A DNA stretch of 63,587 nucleotides, filler included, from Trichomonas gallinae (Eukaryota): the NCBI GenBank assembly GCA_008369845.1. It is 8 parts of 8 records of this genome, joined end to end, with 100 filler letters (N's around TTAATTAATTAA, not from the genome) between each part and the next. Parts side by side here need not be neighbours in the genome. Positions count along the whole stretch, not along the records: positions 44,780 to 50,972 come from MRSU01000118.1; positions 51,073 to 57,851 come from MRSU01000119.1; 6 more parts are not named here. One strand, written 5' to 3'. The notes beneath the pieces are model-generated. The model worked only from the letters and a program-made list of their open reading frames with translations. It made no database searches and had not been told where the DNA came from. Shown here in pieces: positions 46,047 through 57,951 of this stretch. The stretch's first letter is position 1. The number at the start of each line of letters is the position of its first letter. Position numbers and translations under genes: made by a program.

Positions 46047-47042
46047 TTACCACAAAATGAGCTTGGAAAGAAGCTTTGAAAGTGAACCAAGTTTGAATGG
46101 ATCCCAGCGTTCGAAGAACGAAAGACCGACAAGAGAAATGCCAAGAACAACGAGTGGATCAAGGAAATAGAAAATAAAGCAAATTGCAATCAAAAATTCG
46201 CAAGTTTGAAGAGTAGCATGTGGATCTCCCCATGTTAATCTTTGCTTGAAGTCATGGCGGAAGTCATCGATCTTTATCATAAACTGTTTGATGTTGTTTG
46301 GTGAGTCGGTGTAATCTGGCCTTGGAACTGTCTTCCAGCGATTAAGTCTTTGCAAGATGCCGACAGCAATGATTGCTGAGAGAGGTACAAATGCAAAAAC
46401 AATTCCAAAGTTGAAGAAATAAACAATAATGGATACCAAAGATAAAAATGTAATTAGAACAGCAAAGAAAAGCATCGGGCTTGTGTCTTGAATATCAGAG
46501 ATGTAATCGCAAATAGTAAATAAGACGTTGAATGAAGATAATAATTGATAATAAGAAATCTCTGATGGTTTCAAGATTTGGTCAATCGGCGAGTCATTTT
46601 CGACATCTTTGTTAACATTTTCATAGAAATGGTTCAAATCTTTTGAGCTTCTGAATTGCATGCGATATTTTACTGCCAATTCATTGCATTTGTCTTGACC
46701 AAGGGTTGCTGCATCGCAGAGCTTCTTGAACATCTTAACAAATGAAATTCTGTGCATTTCATCTGGAATAAATAATGAAATTGATTGCGATGCATCATCA
46801 GAAAGGATTTGTAATATTTCTGTTTCTTCAACAACCTTCTGCCCGAATCTTGTGATATCACGGAGGGCAATTTTTCTTGGAATCTCAACGTCAAACTGCG
46901 GATCAAGTTTGATGTGGAAATTCGTAAGGTACATTGTTGAAGGTGTGTATTGCAAAGATGATGAAGACTGTCCAACCAAGTGGCATCCTTTGTCTTCGTA
47001 TATCAAAAACTCACCATTATCGAGTTCTACCTGATGACTCAT
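46047..47042 (-). CDS. GRAM/PH-like domain membrane protein with an MCTP/GRAMD4-like C-terminal TM region
   Basis: N-terminal TMYLTNFHI..IALRDI is GRAM-like; two hydrophobic hairpins separated by RLTWGDP. Confidence 0.6.
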   Translation of the reverse strand: MSHQVELDNGEFLIYEDKGCHLVGQSSSSLQYTPSTMYLTNFHIKLDPQFDVEIPRKIALRDITRFGQKVVEETEILQILSDDASQSISLFIPDEMHRISFVKMFKKLCDAATLGQDKCNELAVKYRMQFRSSKDLNHFYENVNKDVENDSPIDQILKPSEISYYQLLSSFNVLFTICDYISDIQDTSPMLFFAVLITFLSLVSIIVYFFNFGIVFAFVPLSAIIAVGILQRLNRWKTVPRPDYTDSPNNIKQFMIKIDDFRHDFKQRLTWGDPHATLQTCEFLIAICFIFYFLDPLVVLGISLVGLSFFERWDPFKLGSLSKLLSKLILW

Positions 47043-47780
47043 TTTTTTTACTGATAAAATGAACGCAAAAATTTTTTCGAATTCCAGCTATTATCAAATA
47101 TACTCACAGAAATACAGCTATATTTTAATTTTTACGCATTTTAAATTCTTTTGACATAATTATTTACACGACAAAAATTTTCTATGTAAAAATTATCGTC
47201 AATTTTTATTATAGCCAAAAAAAATTTGTCATTTTATTTTGTAAACATATTTATTTGTCAAAAAAAATTATTATCAAGATTATGATGGAATATTATAAAT
47301 GCTCAACAATAGTAGAAAAAAATGTCTATATGTTTTTATTTTTAGATCTTCATTTTTGAACATTCTTTATCATTTGTGATTAAAATCAATTGATAATAAA
47401 GAAATACTGATGTCTAGGTATTACTAATCAATCAATATCAATTTAATTTTTTTTATACGACTCAATCATTTTTGACAAAAAAACTATGATGTCAGAAACC
47501 TTAAATATTTTACTAATTAGATATATGTTAAATATTATATATTTTTGAGCTTGCATACTATTAATTACTATATATTAACATGCTAAAATTAAACATGCTG
47601 TCATTCTATTGATATTAATGAAATATTTTACGAATCACGAATATATCCTTAAAACCTAATCAAAAATCGAGCTGCTTGATTATAAAAACATGTTATAAAC
47701 ATGATAATAAAACGAGTATTAAGAGTAATGACTCTTATTAATATTTAATTTTTTTTTCCAGTTGAAAAAAAAATTGACAC

Positions 47781-49370
47781 ATGATGATAAAAGCAAATAC
47801 GATCGATAAGCATTCGAATTTCAATCTTATATTAATCACAGTATTGGTGAGCCTCGTCATATTGATCGAGAACTTCAGCTTCATTCACAGTACAGTCCTC
47901 GGATTTAAATTAAACGAAATTTCGAAGTTCGATATTCCGAAAGATGCCGGAACATTCGTCAAGGAAGAGAAAAAAGCAGATTTTTACAGTACTATCCACA
48001 ATGATCTTTATGATAGATCTTTCCCATTGATTAAAGCGGACAACGAAAAGGCAGAAGCCGTAAAGGAGGCTTTCATGCATGGCTGGAATGCTTACAAGAA
48101 GTATTGCTGGGGCCAAGATGAATATGTCGCTGATACGGAACGTTGCTCAAATTCATTGCACGCTGGACTGACAATTATTGACTCCCTTACTACACTCTAT
48201 GTAATGAACATGACAGAAGAATTCAAACGCGCACGAGATTATGTTCAAAATGATTGGTCTCCGCGAGGAAGCTGGAGCTTGTTCGAGTTTATCATCCGTT
48301 TCGTTGGTGGTTTCGTTTCTATCTATGAATTGTCCGGTGACAAGCTTTTTTTAGACAAAGCGAAAGAATGTGCAGATGCTGTTTATCCTTTCATGCAAAG
48401 TGGCTCATTCGGTGGTGGTATAAGCTTATCTATGAGCAATGGCAAGCTCAGAGCTTCACCAGGTGGATCAGGAGGCCACTCACTCGCTGATTCATCTACA
48501 TATCAATTAGAATTCGCCAGTTTGTCAATGCTCACAGGTGATCCTAAGTACATAGAGCTCGCTATGAAGACTTACAGACAAATTTGGAACAGAAATCCAA
48601 ATGCCGGATTAATCACTTCACACGTTGGCGCCGGCACAGATAGCTACTACGAATACATCATCAAACTCTATGTCATGACACGCGGAGCATCAAAGAGCTT
48701 CATAAACAAGCACGTTCAAATTATGGATGACATCAAGAAGAAATTGATCGTCAAGACAGGAAAAAGCAACTACACAGGCCTCGGAATCTACCACGGATCA
48801 GGCCACACTGAGCCGATACAGGAGCACTTGGCTACATTCGCTGGAGGGATGATCGCTGTTGGAACAGTCAAAGAAAATCCTAGGGCGGCAGAAGATTTGA
48901 GGCTTGCCGACGAATTAGCAGTCGGCTATGCCAAAGCTTACGCATCAACAGCAACAGGAGTTGGCCCTGAGCAAATGAGATTCGAGTCCTCTAAAGATAT
49001 AGACTTTACTGTTACGAATGGACATTACATGTTGAGGCCAGAGTCATCAGAGTCTGTTTATGTTTTGTGGAAATTTACCGGCTTGCCGAAGTTCAGAAAC
49101 TTCGCGTGGGATATGTTCTCAGCCATTAACAAGCACGCACGCCGTGATAGAGGATTCAGCCAGATTCCTAACGTAAACAATCCTAATGACAGAGGTGTTC
49201 GTGGTGCGCAGGATTCATACTTCTTCGCTGAAACATTGAAATATCTTTATCTTACATTTGCAGATACATCTGTTATTTCACCTGCATCGTGGGTATTCAA
49301 CACAGAAGGACATCCGCTGAGAATTTGGACTGAAGAAGAAGTCCACAAGTGGAAGTCTTATTTAATTTAA
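47781..49370 (+). CDS. glycoside hydrolase family 47 class I alpha-1,2-mannosidase (type II membrane)
   Basis: F.HGW.AYK.Y.WG.DE, TIIDSLTTL, FE..IRFVGG, GAGTDSYYEY, YMLRPE, SYFFAETLKYLYL, FNTEGHP. Confidence 0.96.
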   Translation: MMIKANTIDKHSNFNLILITVLVSLVILIENFSFIHSTVLGFKLNEISKFDIPKDAGTFVKEEKKADFYSTIHNDLYDRSFPLIKADNEKAEAVKEAFMHGWNAYKKYCWGQDEYVADTERCSNSLHAGLTIIDSLTTLYVMNMTEEFKRARDYVQNDWSPRGSWSLFEFIIRFVGGFVSIYELSGDKLFLDKAKECADAVYPFMQSGSFGGGISLSMSNGKLRASPGGSGGHSLADSSTYQLEFASLSMLTGDPKYIELAMKTYRQIWNRNPNAGLITSHVGAGTDSYYEYIIKLYVMTRGASKSFINKHVQIMDDIKKKLIVKTGKSNYTGLGIYHGSGHTEPIQEHLATFAGGMIAVGTVKENPRAAEDLRLADELAVGYAKAYASTATGVGPEQMRFESSKDIDFTVTNGHYMLRPESSESVYVLWKFTGLPKFRNFAWDMFSAINKHARRDRGFSQIPNVNNPNDRGVRGAQDSYFFAETLKYLYLTFADTSVISPASWVFNTEGHPLRIWTEEEVHKWKSYLI

Positions 49371-49762
49371 ATATAGTATTATTTTGTCGACGTTTTTGTA
49401 AAAGAAAACATAAAATTAAACAAAAAAAAAAAAAAAAAATTATATATTGTTCAATATCTTTTTCTTTTTTAAAGTGTGTTTATAAACTAGAATTGAGTTG
49501 AGCGAAAATTAGGACAGGAGGTGGACACTTTGCATTGTCAAAATTCTACTGTTTTAATATGTTTATATAGAGCATTTGTTTTCCATAATTTCATGTGTTA
49601 TAACATTTCTAGTTTTAATTCTGATAGTACATAAAACGAATAATGGTTAAATTGTTGCCCAATTTTAGACTTTTTCTTCTGCAAAATCTGATTCATTGAA
49701 ATCAAGCGATTCATAAGGTGTCACAATCTTTGTTGAAGCGTTATTTTCTGTGGTTTCATTAT

Positions 49763-50314
49763 TTATATTTCTGCATCTTGCTGATATGGAATTTGATTTT
49801 CAATAATTGTTTCTTCATCTGAATGAACAGATTCATTATAGTTTCCATTCCGTCTAATAATACTATTAAAGTAGCTTAGATAGTCATGTATATCAAAAAT
49901 GGAGTCCTCATAAAAGCAAAGATTGATGAAAATTAGGAAACATGTTATTCCATATTCAGATAGTAGCATTATGATATTCATCTCGTTTTCATAAATAATT
50001 CCCACAGAAAAATTATAGATTTGGTAAAATTTTTCGAGTACAAAAGATGACCAAATGAAAATCATTTTTCTTTTCATTGTTGATGATAAAGTTTCACTAA
50101 TAAACAATATTATTGAAACATAAGCAATAGTTGTATTAATTGTGATCGAAATTGTATCTATTTTGGAAATGGACTTTCTTTTTATTAGGTCAAGTAGATA
50201 ACAAGCTAGTGCCCCAAGTCTGAAAGGATTTATGCTGTGATAAATACGCAACATAATATGGTTAACGAGACATAAGTTTGGATGTTGGAAGTTCATTTTA
50301 TTTTTTATAAACAT
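49763..50314 (-). CDS. hypothetical membrane protein
   Basis: 183-aa ORF with several hydrophobic segments and an acidic tail. Confidence 0.5.
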   Translation of the reverse strand: MFIKNKMNFQHPNLCLVNHIMLRIYHSINPFRLGALACYLLDLIKRKSISKIDTISITINTTIAYVSIILFISETLSSTMKRKMIFIWSSFVLEKFYQIYNFSVGIIYENEMNIIMLLSEYGITCFLIFINLCFYEDSIFDIHDYLSYFNSIIRRNGNYNESVHSDEETIIENQIPYQQDAEI

Positions 50315-50832
50315 TCCTAAGTTAAATTCGACTATTTATAAATAATTTATATCCAATTTTTGATATTAATTATAATTTTCATTCTAAAATAGAGATTCCT
50401 AAGTTAGCTTTTAAAAATTTCAAATTAGGAAAAGTTTGAATAAGGTTATTCAGGTTTCATGCTTTAATTATTGGAGTAATAACGATTGTTCATACATATA
50501 TATATATTAACTTGGATGCATATTGCATTTGAGTTATCCACGCATTTGTGAATGTTTTGGTGTTACCTCCACATTAACTATATATAAAGATATGGAAACT
50601 TCGAGGGGCTCTAGGAAATTGCCATAAACTTTGCAGGTATTATATATTTAAGTCTTTCATGATTCAAACTAATCTTGTTAACAATATACATCACAGTGCT
50701 TCCATAAAGAATTTGAATAAATAAAAGTAAATGAGCTGAAATTATGAATTTGACACGTAAAATATTTACAAAACAAAATATTTTCATTCAGAAATATTTC
50801 AATGACATTTATCAATTTTTTCTACGTTTATA

Positions 50833-50972
50833 ATGTCAACAGGTGGAAAGCTTCCGAGGTTTCCAGTCACTAAACCTCCACGTGCTGTTATTCATCCAGA
50901 GACAGAGCTTGCTACACGCGAGGTTGCACCAGTGAAGAGACCGAAAAAGAGCCTCCACAAGAAAGTTTCTCC
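50833..50972 (+). CDS. 5' fragment of a gene with a histone H3-tail-like N-terminus
   Basis: MSTGGKLPR...ELATREVAPVKRPKK; truncated by the linker. Confidence 0.6.
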
Positions 50973-51072
50973 NNNNNNNNNNNNNNNNNNNNNNNNNNNN
51001 NNNNNNNNNNNNNNNNTTAATTAATTAANNNNNNNNNNNNNNNNNNNNNNNNNNNNNNNNNNNNNNNNNNNN
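50973..51072. other. artificial contig linker
   Basis: 44N-TTAATTAATTAA-44N. Confidence 0.98.
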
Positions 51073-51725
51073 ACATCTTCAGGCAAGAACATCAATGCCG
51101 CAAAGAAATCATGAAAGTTGTGTCCGAACATTGGATAAAACTGGCAATAAGCTACTGCATTTTCTACCTCTCCAATCGTTTTTTGTTTTCTATTTTTAAG
51201 TTTTTTAACATGATGTTCTATCCACCAAGAAGGAGAATAACTACGAAAAATAATATTTAACATATTCATTTCTTTTAGATCAAAATTGCATATTTTTAGA
51301 GCATCTTTATCATTCACATCAATAATTTCGCCGATATAAGCATTTTTATAATGGATTACTGAAACAAATGAGCTAAGTTTACTTCCATCATATTGAAATA
51401 ATGTTCTACCTGTAATTTCCGAAACATATGCATATTCAGGATTTTTTCTAATATAATCAACGATGTGATTTGTACAAGAATCAAATTTCACGTTACACAT
51501 ATGATCATTACCATGCGCAGGGCTCCCAAGAGGACTTGGGAATATATCTAATGAAGAATGTATTGCATATGTCATAATTAATATAAAAACAGCTACGAAT
51601 TGAATTAATAAACATATCTGGAGAGAATATTGTATGCCAATGATATGAAATCGGCTCCCACATAAGTTACAGATATAGGAAAACACGTTTCGCGATCTTG
51701 TTTTCGCCTGAATTGGTTTAAACAT
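51073..51725 (-). CDS. type II membrane protein, possible GT61/DUF563 glycosyltransferase; 3' truncated
   Basis: N-terminal TM; YKNAYI and MFGHNFHDF..LMFLP motifs. Confidence 0.55.
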
Positions 51726-52304
51726 TTAAAGATTATGTTTATATAAAAAATATAAAATCGAATAATTTGAATAATTTTGCTTAACAATCTTCATAATCCA
51801 TTAATTATCTTTCAATATAAAATTTTTAAATCTCAATAATTTGAAATAAAAATTTTAATATGTTCTTTCAATTTTTGAAAATGTCTGCTCGAAAATTTGA
51901 TAAATTTATTTGACAAAAATTTTGATTAAATGTCATTCTGCAAATTTAGAATTGATTCATTCATGAAATATGGTTCTGTTTTCGCACTAATATAATTTTC
52001 GATTATGCATGGGGAAGGTGTTATATTCTTGCAAATTATAAAAAAAAAATAAAAAAATAAAAAAAAACAAGGCTCTCTAATATCCTGGTGGAAGTTTATC
52101 AAAATGAGTTCGCTCATACACAAAATATATTCACTGCCTTAATTTGGAATGATTCCGTTAGGAAGACCTTATGTTAGTGAGATTTGAGTTATAGACATCA
52201 TTCTTAAGTTATCACAATAAATAATAATTTTTGACATGTAAATGAGATTTGACAAAATTTGTTTTACGATTATTTCCAACTCAAAAAAAGTTAAATCTTG
52301 TCAA

Positions 52305-52892
52305 ATGATTAATCAGAATCCTTTTTCATACAAAGTCATTGTTATTGGTGATTCTGGTGTAGGAAAAACTTCAATTGTTATAAGAGAATCGAGAGATCAA
52401 TACAGCTATCAAATGGCTCCAACAATTGGCACATCTCATATCAAATTAGTAATTCCTGTTGAAGATAACCAAGTCGAATTGAAAATTTGGGATACAGCAG
52501 GCCAAGAGCAGTTTGCACCACTAGTTTCTATGTACGCAAGAGGAGCTGTTGTTTGCGTAATTGTTGCCTCATGCGTAGATCATGCATCCATTAACAACAT
52601 TGAACTATGGCTTGAAAGATTGAAAGAAGCCAACGAAAATCCAGTTATTATTATTGCAATAAATAAAATCGATATGATTGATACAGAAGCAAAAGAATTT
52701 GAGGGAATTAAAGCCCAGTTACACTCAAAATATGACAAAGTGTTCATGGTTTCGGCTAAAACAAGTGAAGGCGTTCATGATCTTTTCAATTGTGTTGCAA
52801 AAGAAGCCTATGCATTGAGAGCACAACATGAATGCAACTCAATTGATGTCAATGCTAAAAAATCCAAAGATGACACAAAAGGTTGCTGCTGA
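52305..52892 (+). CDS. Rab-family small GTPase (divergent)
   Basis: GDSGVGKTS, PTIG, WDTAGQEQF, NKID, SAKT and a C-terminal CC; probable start MINQNP. Confidence 0.95.
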   Translation: MINQNPFSYKVIVIGDSGVGKTSIVIRESRDQYSYQMAPTIGTSHIKLVIPVEDNQVELKIWDTAGQEQFAPLVSMYARGAVVCVIVASCVDHASINNIELWLERLKEANENPVIIIAINKIDMIDTEAKEFEGIKAQLHSKYDKVFMVSAKTSEGVHDLFNCVAKEAYALRAQHECNSIDVNAKKSKDDTKGCC

Positions 52893-53516
52893 GTATTATA
52901 TTTTATACTATTGCGATTTCATAATTCTTTTAACTTTTCATCGGTTATAGAAAACTGTATTTGTTAATTAAATATTTCGTTACAATTTTATTCAATATTT
53001 TTTTTAGTTTGACTCTAATTGACGTTGAAATTAACTATTAATCACTATTTTAGTTTTGTATTGTTATAGTAAGTTTTGTACTAGCAAGTTAAAAAAATTA
53101 TTATAATCTTGCAAATTGTTATTGGAATATGATATATTATGATAAAGAAGTAATTTTATGTACTTCTATTTATATTATTTTAATGCTTAAAATAGCTCCA
53201 ATTGCATTGTAGAAATTAAGATTTTAGATTGAGATCAATTTTGTATTTTCTACTGAAAATATATCATGCTTGGATTTTTTATAATCATTTCTATTCCCTT
53301 TTCTCATCTAATGATAACTTTTTTTGAAATTTATCAAAAATATGAAAATTTTAAAAATTTCTCAAAATAAGCATGAATAATATCAAAGCAATATATTTTC
53401 CCGCTCAAAACCGCTTTTACGAATTTTATCATATAAATATTATTTTTGTCACTATTTATCATAATGATTTTAAAATTTTTCGTCAGATTCAAATAACAAT
53501 TTAAATTTTTTTTTTG

Positions 53517-55208
53517 ATGGCAGAGGTAGATGAGAATAACCCTGCCCTTCAACGATATTACCAGCTAATTGACACTACGTATAAGAATGACCCGAATATA
53601 AACGTATTCAAACTAGCAGGATTCGAAATGACGGATAAATTAATAGATCAATTCAAAGATGCTGTATCAAAGAACTATTTTATATATAAAATTCAATTCT
53701 GTAGAAACAACCTATCTACTCGATCATGTATGCAGATTTTTGATCTATTAAAATCAAACCCAAAAATCAAAAATTTAGAAATATCAGAAAATAACGTAAA
53801 CGATGATGCAATGTCATATCTATCAACAATCCTCGTATCATTACCAAGTATTCGAGAACCAATGCTGTTGAATTTCAGAAAAAATGATTTAACTGCAACA
53901 GGCGCCCAACATTTAGCTTATGCACTCGAAAGAAATGCACCGGTATCATGGCTCGATATAAGAAACAACGAAAAAATCACGGATATTGGAGTCGAATATA
54001 TTGCAAATTCATTAATTCACAATAATATTCTTACTGCCCTTGACTTAATCAAATGTGGATGCAGCATAAATGGCGTTATTGCACTTGCTCGTGCGCTTTC
54101 ACAAAATCGAACTCTCAAGATTTTGCTTCTTCAAGATCAATTCGAGGATCCCGCTATTGCCTCTTTAGGAAAGCTTCTCTCCGACCCAGAATGCAGTTTA
54201 GAAGAGCTTTATCTTTGGAGATGCAATCTTTCTACACCATCTCTTGAAAAACTTTGCAAAGCACTCAATATCAATAATTCTATTACAACTCTTGGTCTTT
54301 CTTATAATAGTTTTAACGATAGTACAGCTTTTGCGATTTCAAATATGATATATAATAATACTACGCTAAAAAAGCTTCATCTCGGCGCAAATCAATTTTC
54401 TCCATCATCGGCAAGTTTCTTTGCAATTGCTTTGAACTGGAACAAAACTCTTCAAGTTTTAGATTTATCTCGCAATTATCTCACTTCTCAAGGTCTCTGG
54501 CCTATCACAACAGCTTTGGAAAACAACAGTAAGATACAAAGTCTCGATATTAGAGCAAATAACATAGATTCATCAGGAGCAGTTTTAATCAGCGATTTAT
54601 TCGATCACAACAGAACAATTCACTCGATAAGGCTAAGCCTCAATGAGTTTGGTGATGCTGCTATTGTTCTATTGTCGAGGACATTAAGTGTCAACAGCAC
54701 TTTGAAAGAAATCGAACTAGATAATGTTAAAATGACTGCACAAGGCTTTGCAGCATTATGCGAAGCACTTATGCAGAACAAAACTCTCGAGAAGATATCA
54801 GTAGCGCAAAACAACCTCGGCGATGAAGCGATGAAGCATTTCAAGGAAGTTTTGAAGGTTAATACAACTTTACAAAATTTTTCATTAGCTGACTGTGGAA
54901 TTGATGAAGCTGGCTGTGCATGTATTGCTGAAGGACTTGGAGCCAACTCTAGTCTGAGGTTCCTTAATATTTCAAAGAATAAATTTGGAATCGAAGGATT
55001 AACAAAAATTGCTGACTCGTTGCTATCAAATTTCGCTTTGCTGAAGGTTGATTATGACTGCACTTCAACAATAGATGACTATGCTCTCACTGTTTTTAAT
55101 CGAATTTCCGATTCTATTTCAAGGAACGATTACTTCCATAAGACTAGCTTAATCTATGACATGGGAACACTCGCAAGGGACGAAGAGATGTATATGATCC
55201 AAAATTGA
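53517..55208 (+). CDS. ribonuclease-inhibitor-type LRR protein (NLRC3/NOD3-like repeats)
   Basis: 28-residue repeats such as NNTTLKKLHLGANQF and NSKIQSLDIRANNI. Confidence 0.9.
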   Translation: MAEVDENNPALQRYYQLIDTTYKNDPNINVFKLAGFEMTDKLIDQFKDAVSKNYFIYKIQFCRNNLSTRSCMQIFDLLKSNPKIKNLEISENNVNDDAMSYLSTILVSLPSIREPMLLNFRKNDLTATGAQHLAYALERNAPVSWLDIRNNEKITDIGVEYIANSLIHNNILTALDLIKCGCSINGVIALARALSQNRTLKILLLQDQFEDPAIASLGKLLSDPECSLEELYLWRCNLSTPSLEKLCKALNINNSITTLGLSYNSFNDSTAFAISNMIYNNTTLKKLHLGANQFSPSSASFFAIALNWNKTLQVLDLSRNYLTSQGLWPITTALENNSKIQSLDIRANNIDSSGAVLISDLFDHNRTIHSIRLSLNEFGDAAIVLLSRTLSVNSTLKEIELDNVKMTAQGFAALCEALMQNKTLEKISVAQNNLGDEAMKHFKEVLKVNTTLQNFSLADCGIDEAGCACIAEGLGANSSLRFLNISKNKFGIEGLTKIADSLLSNFALLKVDYDCTSTIDDYALTVFNRISDSISRNDYFHKTSLIYDMGTLARDEEMYMIQN

Positions 55209-55487
55209 TTTGACTTTATTATTCTTTTATTTGATAAGGAAGCCTAATAATTTCAATGTCATCTGATGTGCAAAATCTAATTGCATCATTTTTTCTTCAT
55301 TTTTATGAAGAAATATTTTTGATATATTTGTTTATTTTTGTTTTTTGTTTGTTTGTATTGTAAATATATTTAATTATGTATGTTTGTTATAATCATAAGC
55401 TGTTTCTTTGTTTTTATTCTATATTATTTTGTAAATTTTTATTTAATTAAACAATATGTAAATGATCAGATCATTTATAAGAATAAT

Positions 55488-56465
55488 TTATTTAGAAGCT
55501 TTAATAGACGCAGAAATAGCAAGAAGCTGGAGTTGTGGATCTGCACGATTGATGATTGCGCCATCTGCTGCAGAAATCTTAAGAATTAAAGCTGGTTTCT
55601 TAGCTTCTGGAATTACTGATGATTTAACAACAAGATCAATAAGAATTTCAAATACCTGGCTAATATCATAGCCAGCATAAACTAAATCTATTGTGCAATT
55701 TTCTACAGTGTCCCAATCAGCCTCAAGGCATGTATTAAAGTAATTTTCAACCTCAATTGGATTTGGTGCACCACTGATACTTGTAATAACTTCTGATGTA
55801 ATTTTCTTTGTATCAGTGCATGTACTAGCTGCAGACTGAGCAAATGTGATTGCTTTACGAAGATCACCGTTTGAAATATTAACAAGTGTTTCGTATGTTT
55901 CTTCACTATCTACGGAGAGACCTTGGTCCTCGAAAATCTTATGTAATCTCTGGATGATTGCTGGTCTATCAAGTGGTTTAAAGCGGAATTTCGCGCAACG
56001 AGATAAGATTGGGTCAATGATTTTAGAGACGTAGTTGCAAATGATGATAAAGCGAGTGACTGTTGAGTATGTTTCGATGATTCTTCTCAAAGCATTTTGA
56101 GCAGCTGAAGTCATTGAATCAGCTTCATCCAAAATCACAATCTTGAATGGTACTTTGCCATTTGGAACAGCAAGAGATGCGAATTCTTTGACGGAACTGC
56201 GAACAGCGTCGATACCACGTTCATCGGAAGCGTTGAGCTCTTTAACGCGTGTTCTGAAGTCGTCACCGAATAAAGAGCGGCATAAAGCTAATGCCAATGA
56301 TGTTTTTCCTGTTCCTGGAGGACCATGGAAAATCAAGTGTGGTAAATCTCCTGTTTCTAGTGTTGTTTTCAATGCTTTGACAGCCTCCTCCTGTTGGACA
56401 ACATCATCTAAGTTGCGTGGACGATATTTCTCGACCCACGGAAGATTATCACGAGCTGAAGTCAT
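55488..56465 (-). CDS. RFC4: replication factor C small subunit (human RFC4 / yeast Rfc2 type)
   Basis: PWVEKYRP, GPPGTGKT, ELNASDERG, DEADSMTSAAQ.ALRR, SRC and GDLR motifs; start MTSARD. Confidence 0.9.
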   Translation of the reverse strand: MTSARDNLPWVEKYRPRNLDDVVQQEEAVKALKTTLETGDLPHLIFHGPPGTGKTSLALALCRSLFGDDFRTRVKELNASDERGIDAVRSSVKEFASLAVPNGKVPFKIVILDEADSMTSAAQNALRRIIETYSTVTRFIIICNYVSKIIDPILSRCAKFRFKPLDRPAIIQRLHKIFEDQGLSVDSEETYETLVNISNGDLRKAITFAQSAASTCTDTKKITSEVITSISGAPNPIEVENYFNTCLEADWDTVENCTIDLVYAGYDISQVFEILIDLVVKSSVIPEAKKPALILKISAADGAIINRADPQLQLLAISASIKASK

Positions 56466-56610
56466 ATGAATAATTTTTAATTCCAAACCGTCATCAAAAA
56501 AGATGAAGTTCCTCTTTTCGGATTTTGGCGGATTTATTATCTATGTTACATAAATATTCTAAATTTTTATTTTTTGTTCATTTTCATTTTTGCTTTGAGT
56601 CAAATGATAG

Positions 56611-56684
56611 TTTACATGTCGAAAAAATTTTACATGTCATATTTTGAAAATAATTTTACATGGCAATTATCAATTTACATGGCA
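56611..56684 (-). promoter_or_regulatory. cluster of four YG(A/C)CATGTAAA motifs upstream of RFC
   Basis: TTTACATGTCG 56611, TTTACATGTCA 56629, TTTACATGGCA 56655 and 56674. Confidence 0.5.
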
Positions 56685-57431
56685 TTTTTATGTATGCAAT
56701 GAATCATATGATAGCTTACATGTTTTTTTTGAAGGACACCTTTCATGTACCTCACTCTTACTCCTATGGTATCGCAAAACAAATGGGATGGTTAAATTAA
56801 GATATCTTTTCAAGCTATTCATTTTGCTAAGACTACAATGTAAAACGGATAAAACAATGATTAATACTTTATAATTTATAGGTTTATCAATATATATATG
56901 CATATAAGCTGTATTGTGAAAATTTTATAAATTGAAATTTTTTTTTGTCATTTGAACGATAAAATGAGTGGAATGAAAAGTTAAATGATTATGTATGCGA
57001 CAAAGTACATATGGATACTAAATAAATTGTTTAAAATACAACACATGCAAATTTCGATAATACAAGTATTCGTTTGGTCAATAATTCAGGTATATATTGC
57101 ATGGTTAATTTATTTTCGTTTTAGAAATTGTTCTATTTTATCCCTTACATGTCGTGAAAAGATGCCCTATAAATATATTCGAACTCGAATGAATAATAAT
57201 CGTATGCCTAAGAAAAATAATTTTCAATTTCTAATCCGTTCTAACATTTTCTATCGCAGCCAATTTTTCATAGATAAGCTTTACACAATGATTTTTAAGT
57301 ATTTGGATTTTTTTGAATCTTTTTCAAAGAGCCCTGAAATTCAAGGATAAATATGTCAAAATATCATAAATTAATAAATGAATTTCGTGACATTTTTTTA
57401 CATAAAAAAATTATATTAAATTGTCAGAAAC

Positions 57432-57851
57432 ATGAAGTGGAGCCAAATACTAAATCTAGCATTAGTTCCTTTGTTATTATTGTTAATTAAAAGTCAACAA
57501 CTTTTTGAACCACCTCCATTTTCGAATGCAGAGTTAGACTTCATTTTAAACCATTCTAAGCATGCAAGAGATCTTAAAATAGTAAGTAAATGTCCAGAAC
57601 ATGAAGTAGAAGTGATTGAAGTCGACATTAAAAATACAAATCCATATACTGATGTTGGTTATTACTTTCTAAATGAAACAGAAAAATTAATTTTTTGGCC
57701 CTACCATCATGCAGTTAAATGTGGATCAGATTATGAATTTGGTCCTCCATTGTTAGGTTCACAAACATTCTTAGACTGGACAAATAGGATAAATTGCAAG
57801 TTTACGATGTATAAAAACGCATATATTTCTTCAGTCTCAATAATATTCACA
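57432..57851 (+). CDS. signal/anchor-bearing protein, probably the same family as 51073-51725; 3' truncated
   Basis: hydrophobic N-terminus; shares the YKNAYI motif. Confidence 0.55.
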
Positions 57852-57951
57852 NNNNNNNNNNNNNNNNNNNNNNNNNNNNNNNNNNNNNNNNNNNNTTAAT
57901 TAATTAANNNNNNNNNNNNNNNNNNNNNNNNNNNNNNNNNNNNNNNNNNNN
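57852..57951. other. artificial contig linker
   Basis: 44N-TTAATTAATTAA-44N. Confidence 0.98.
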
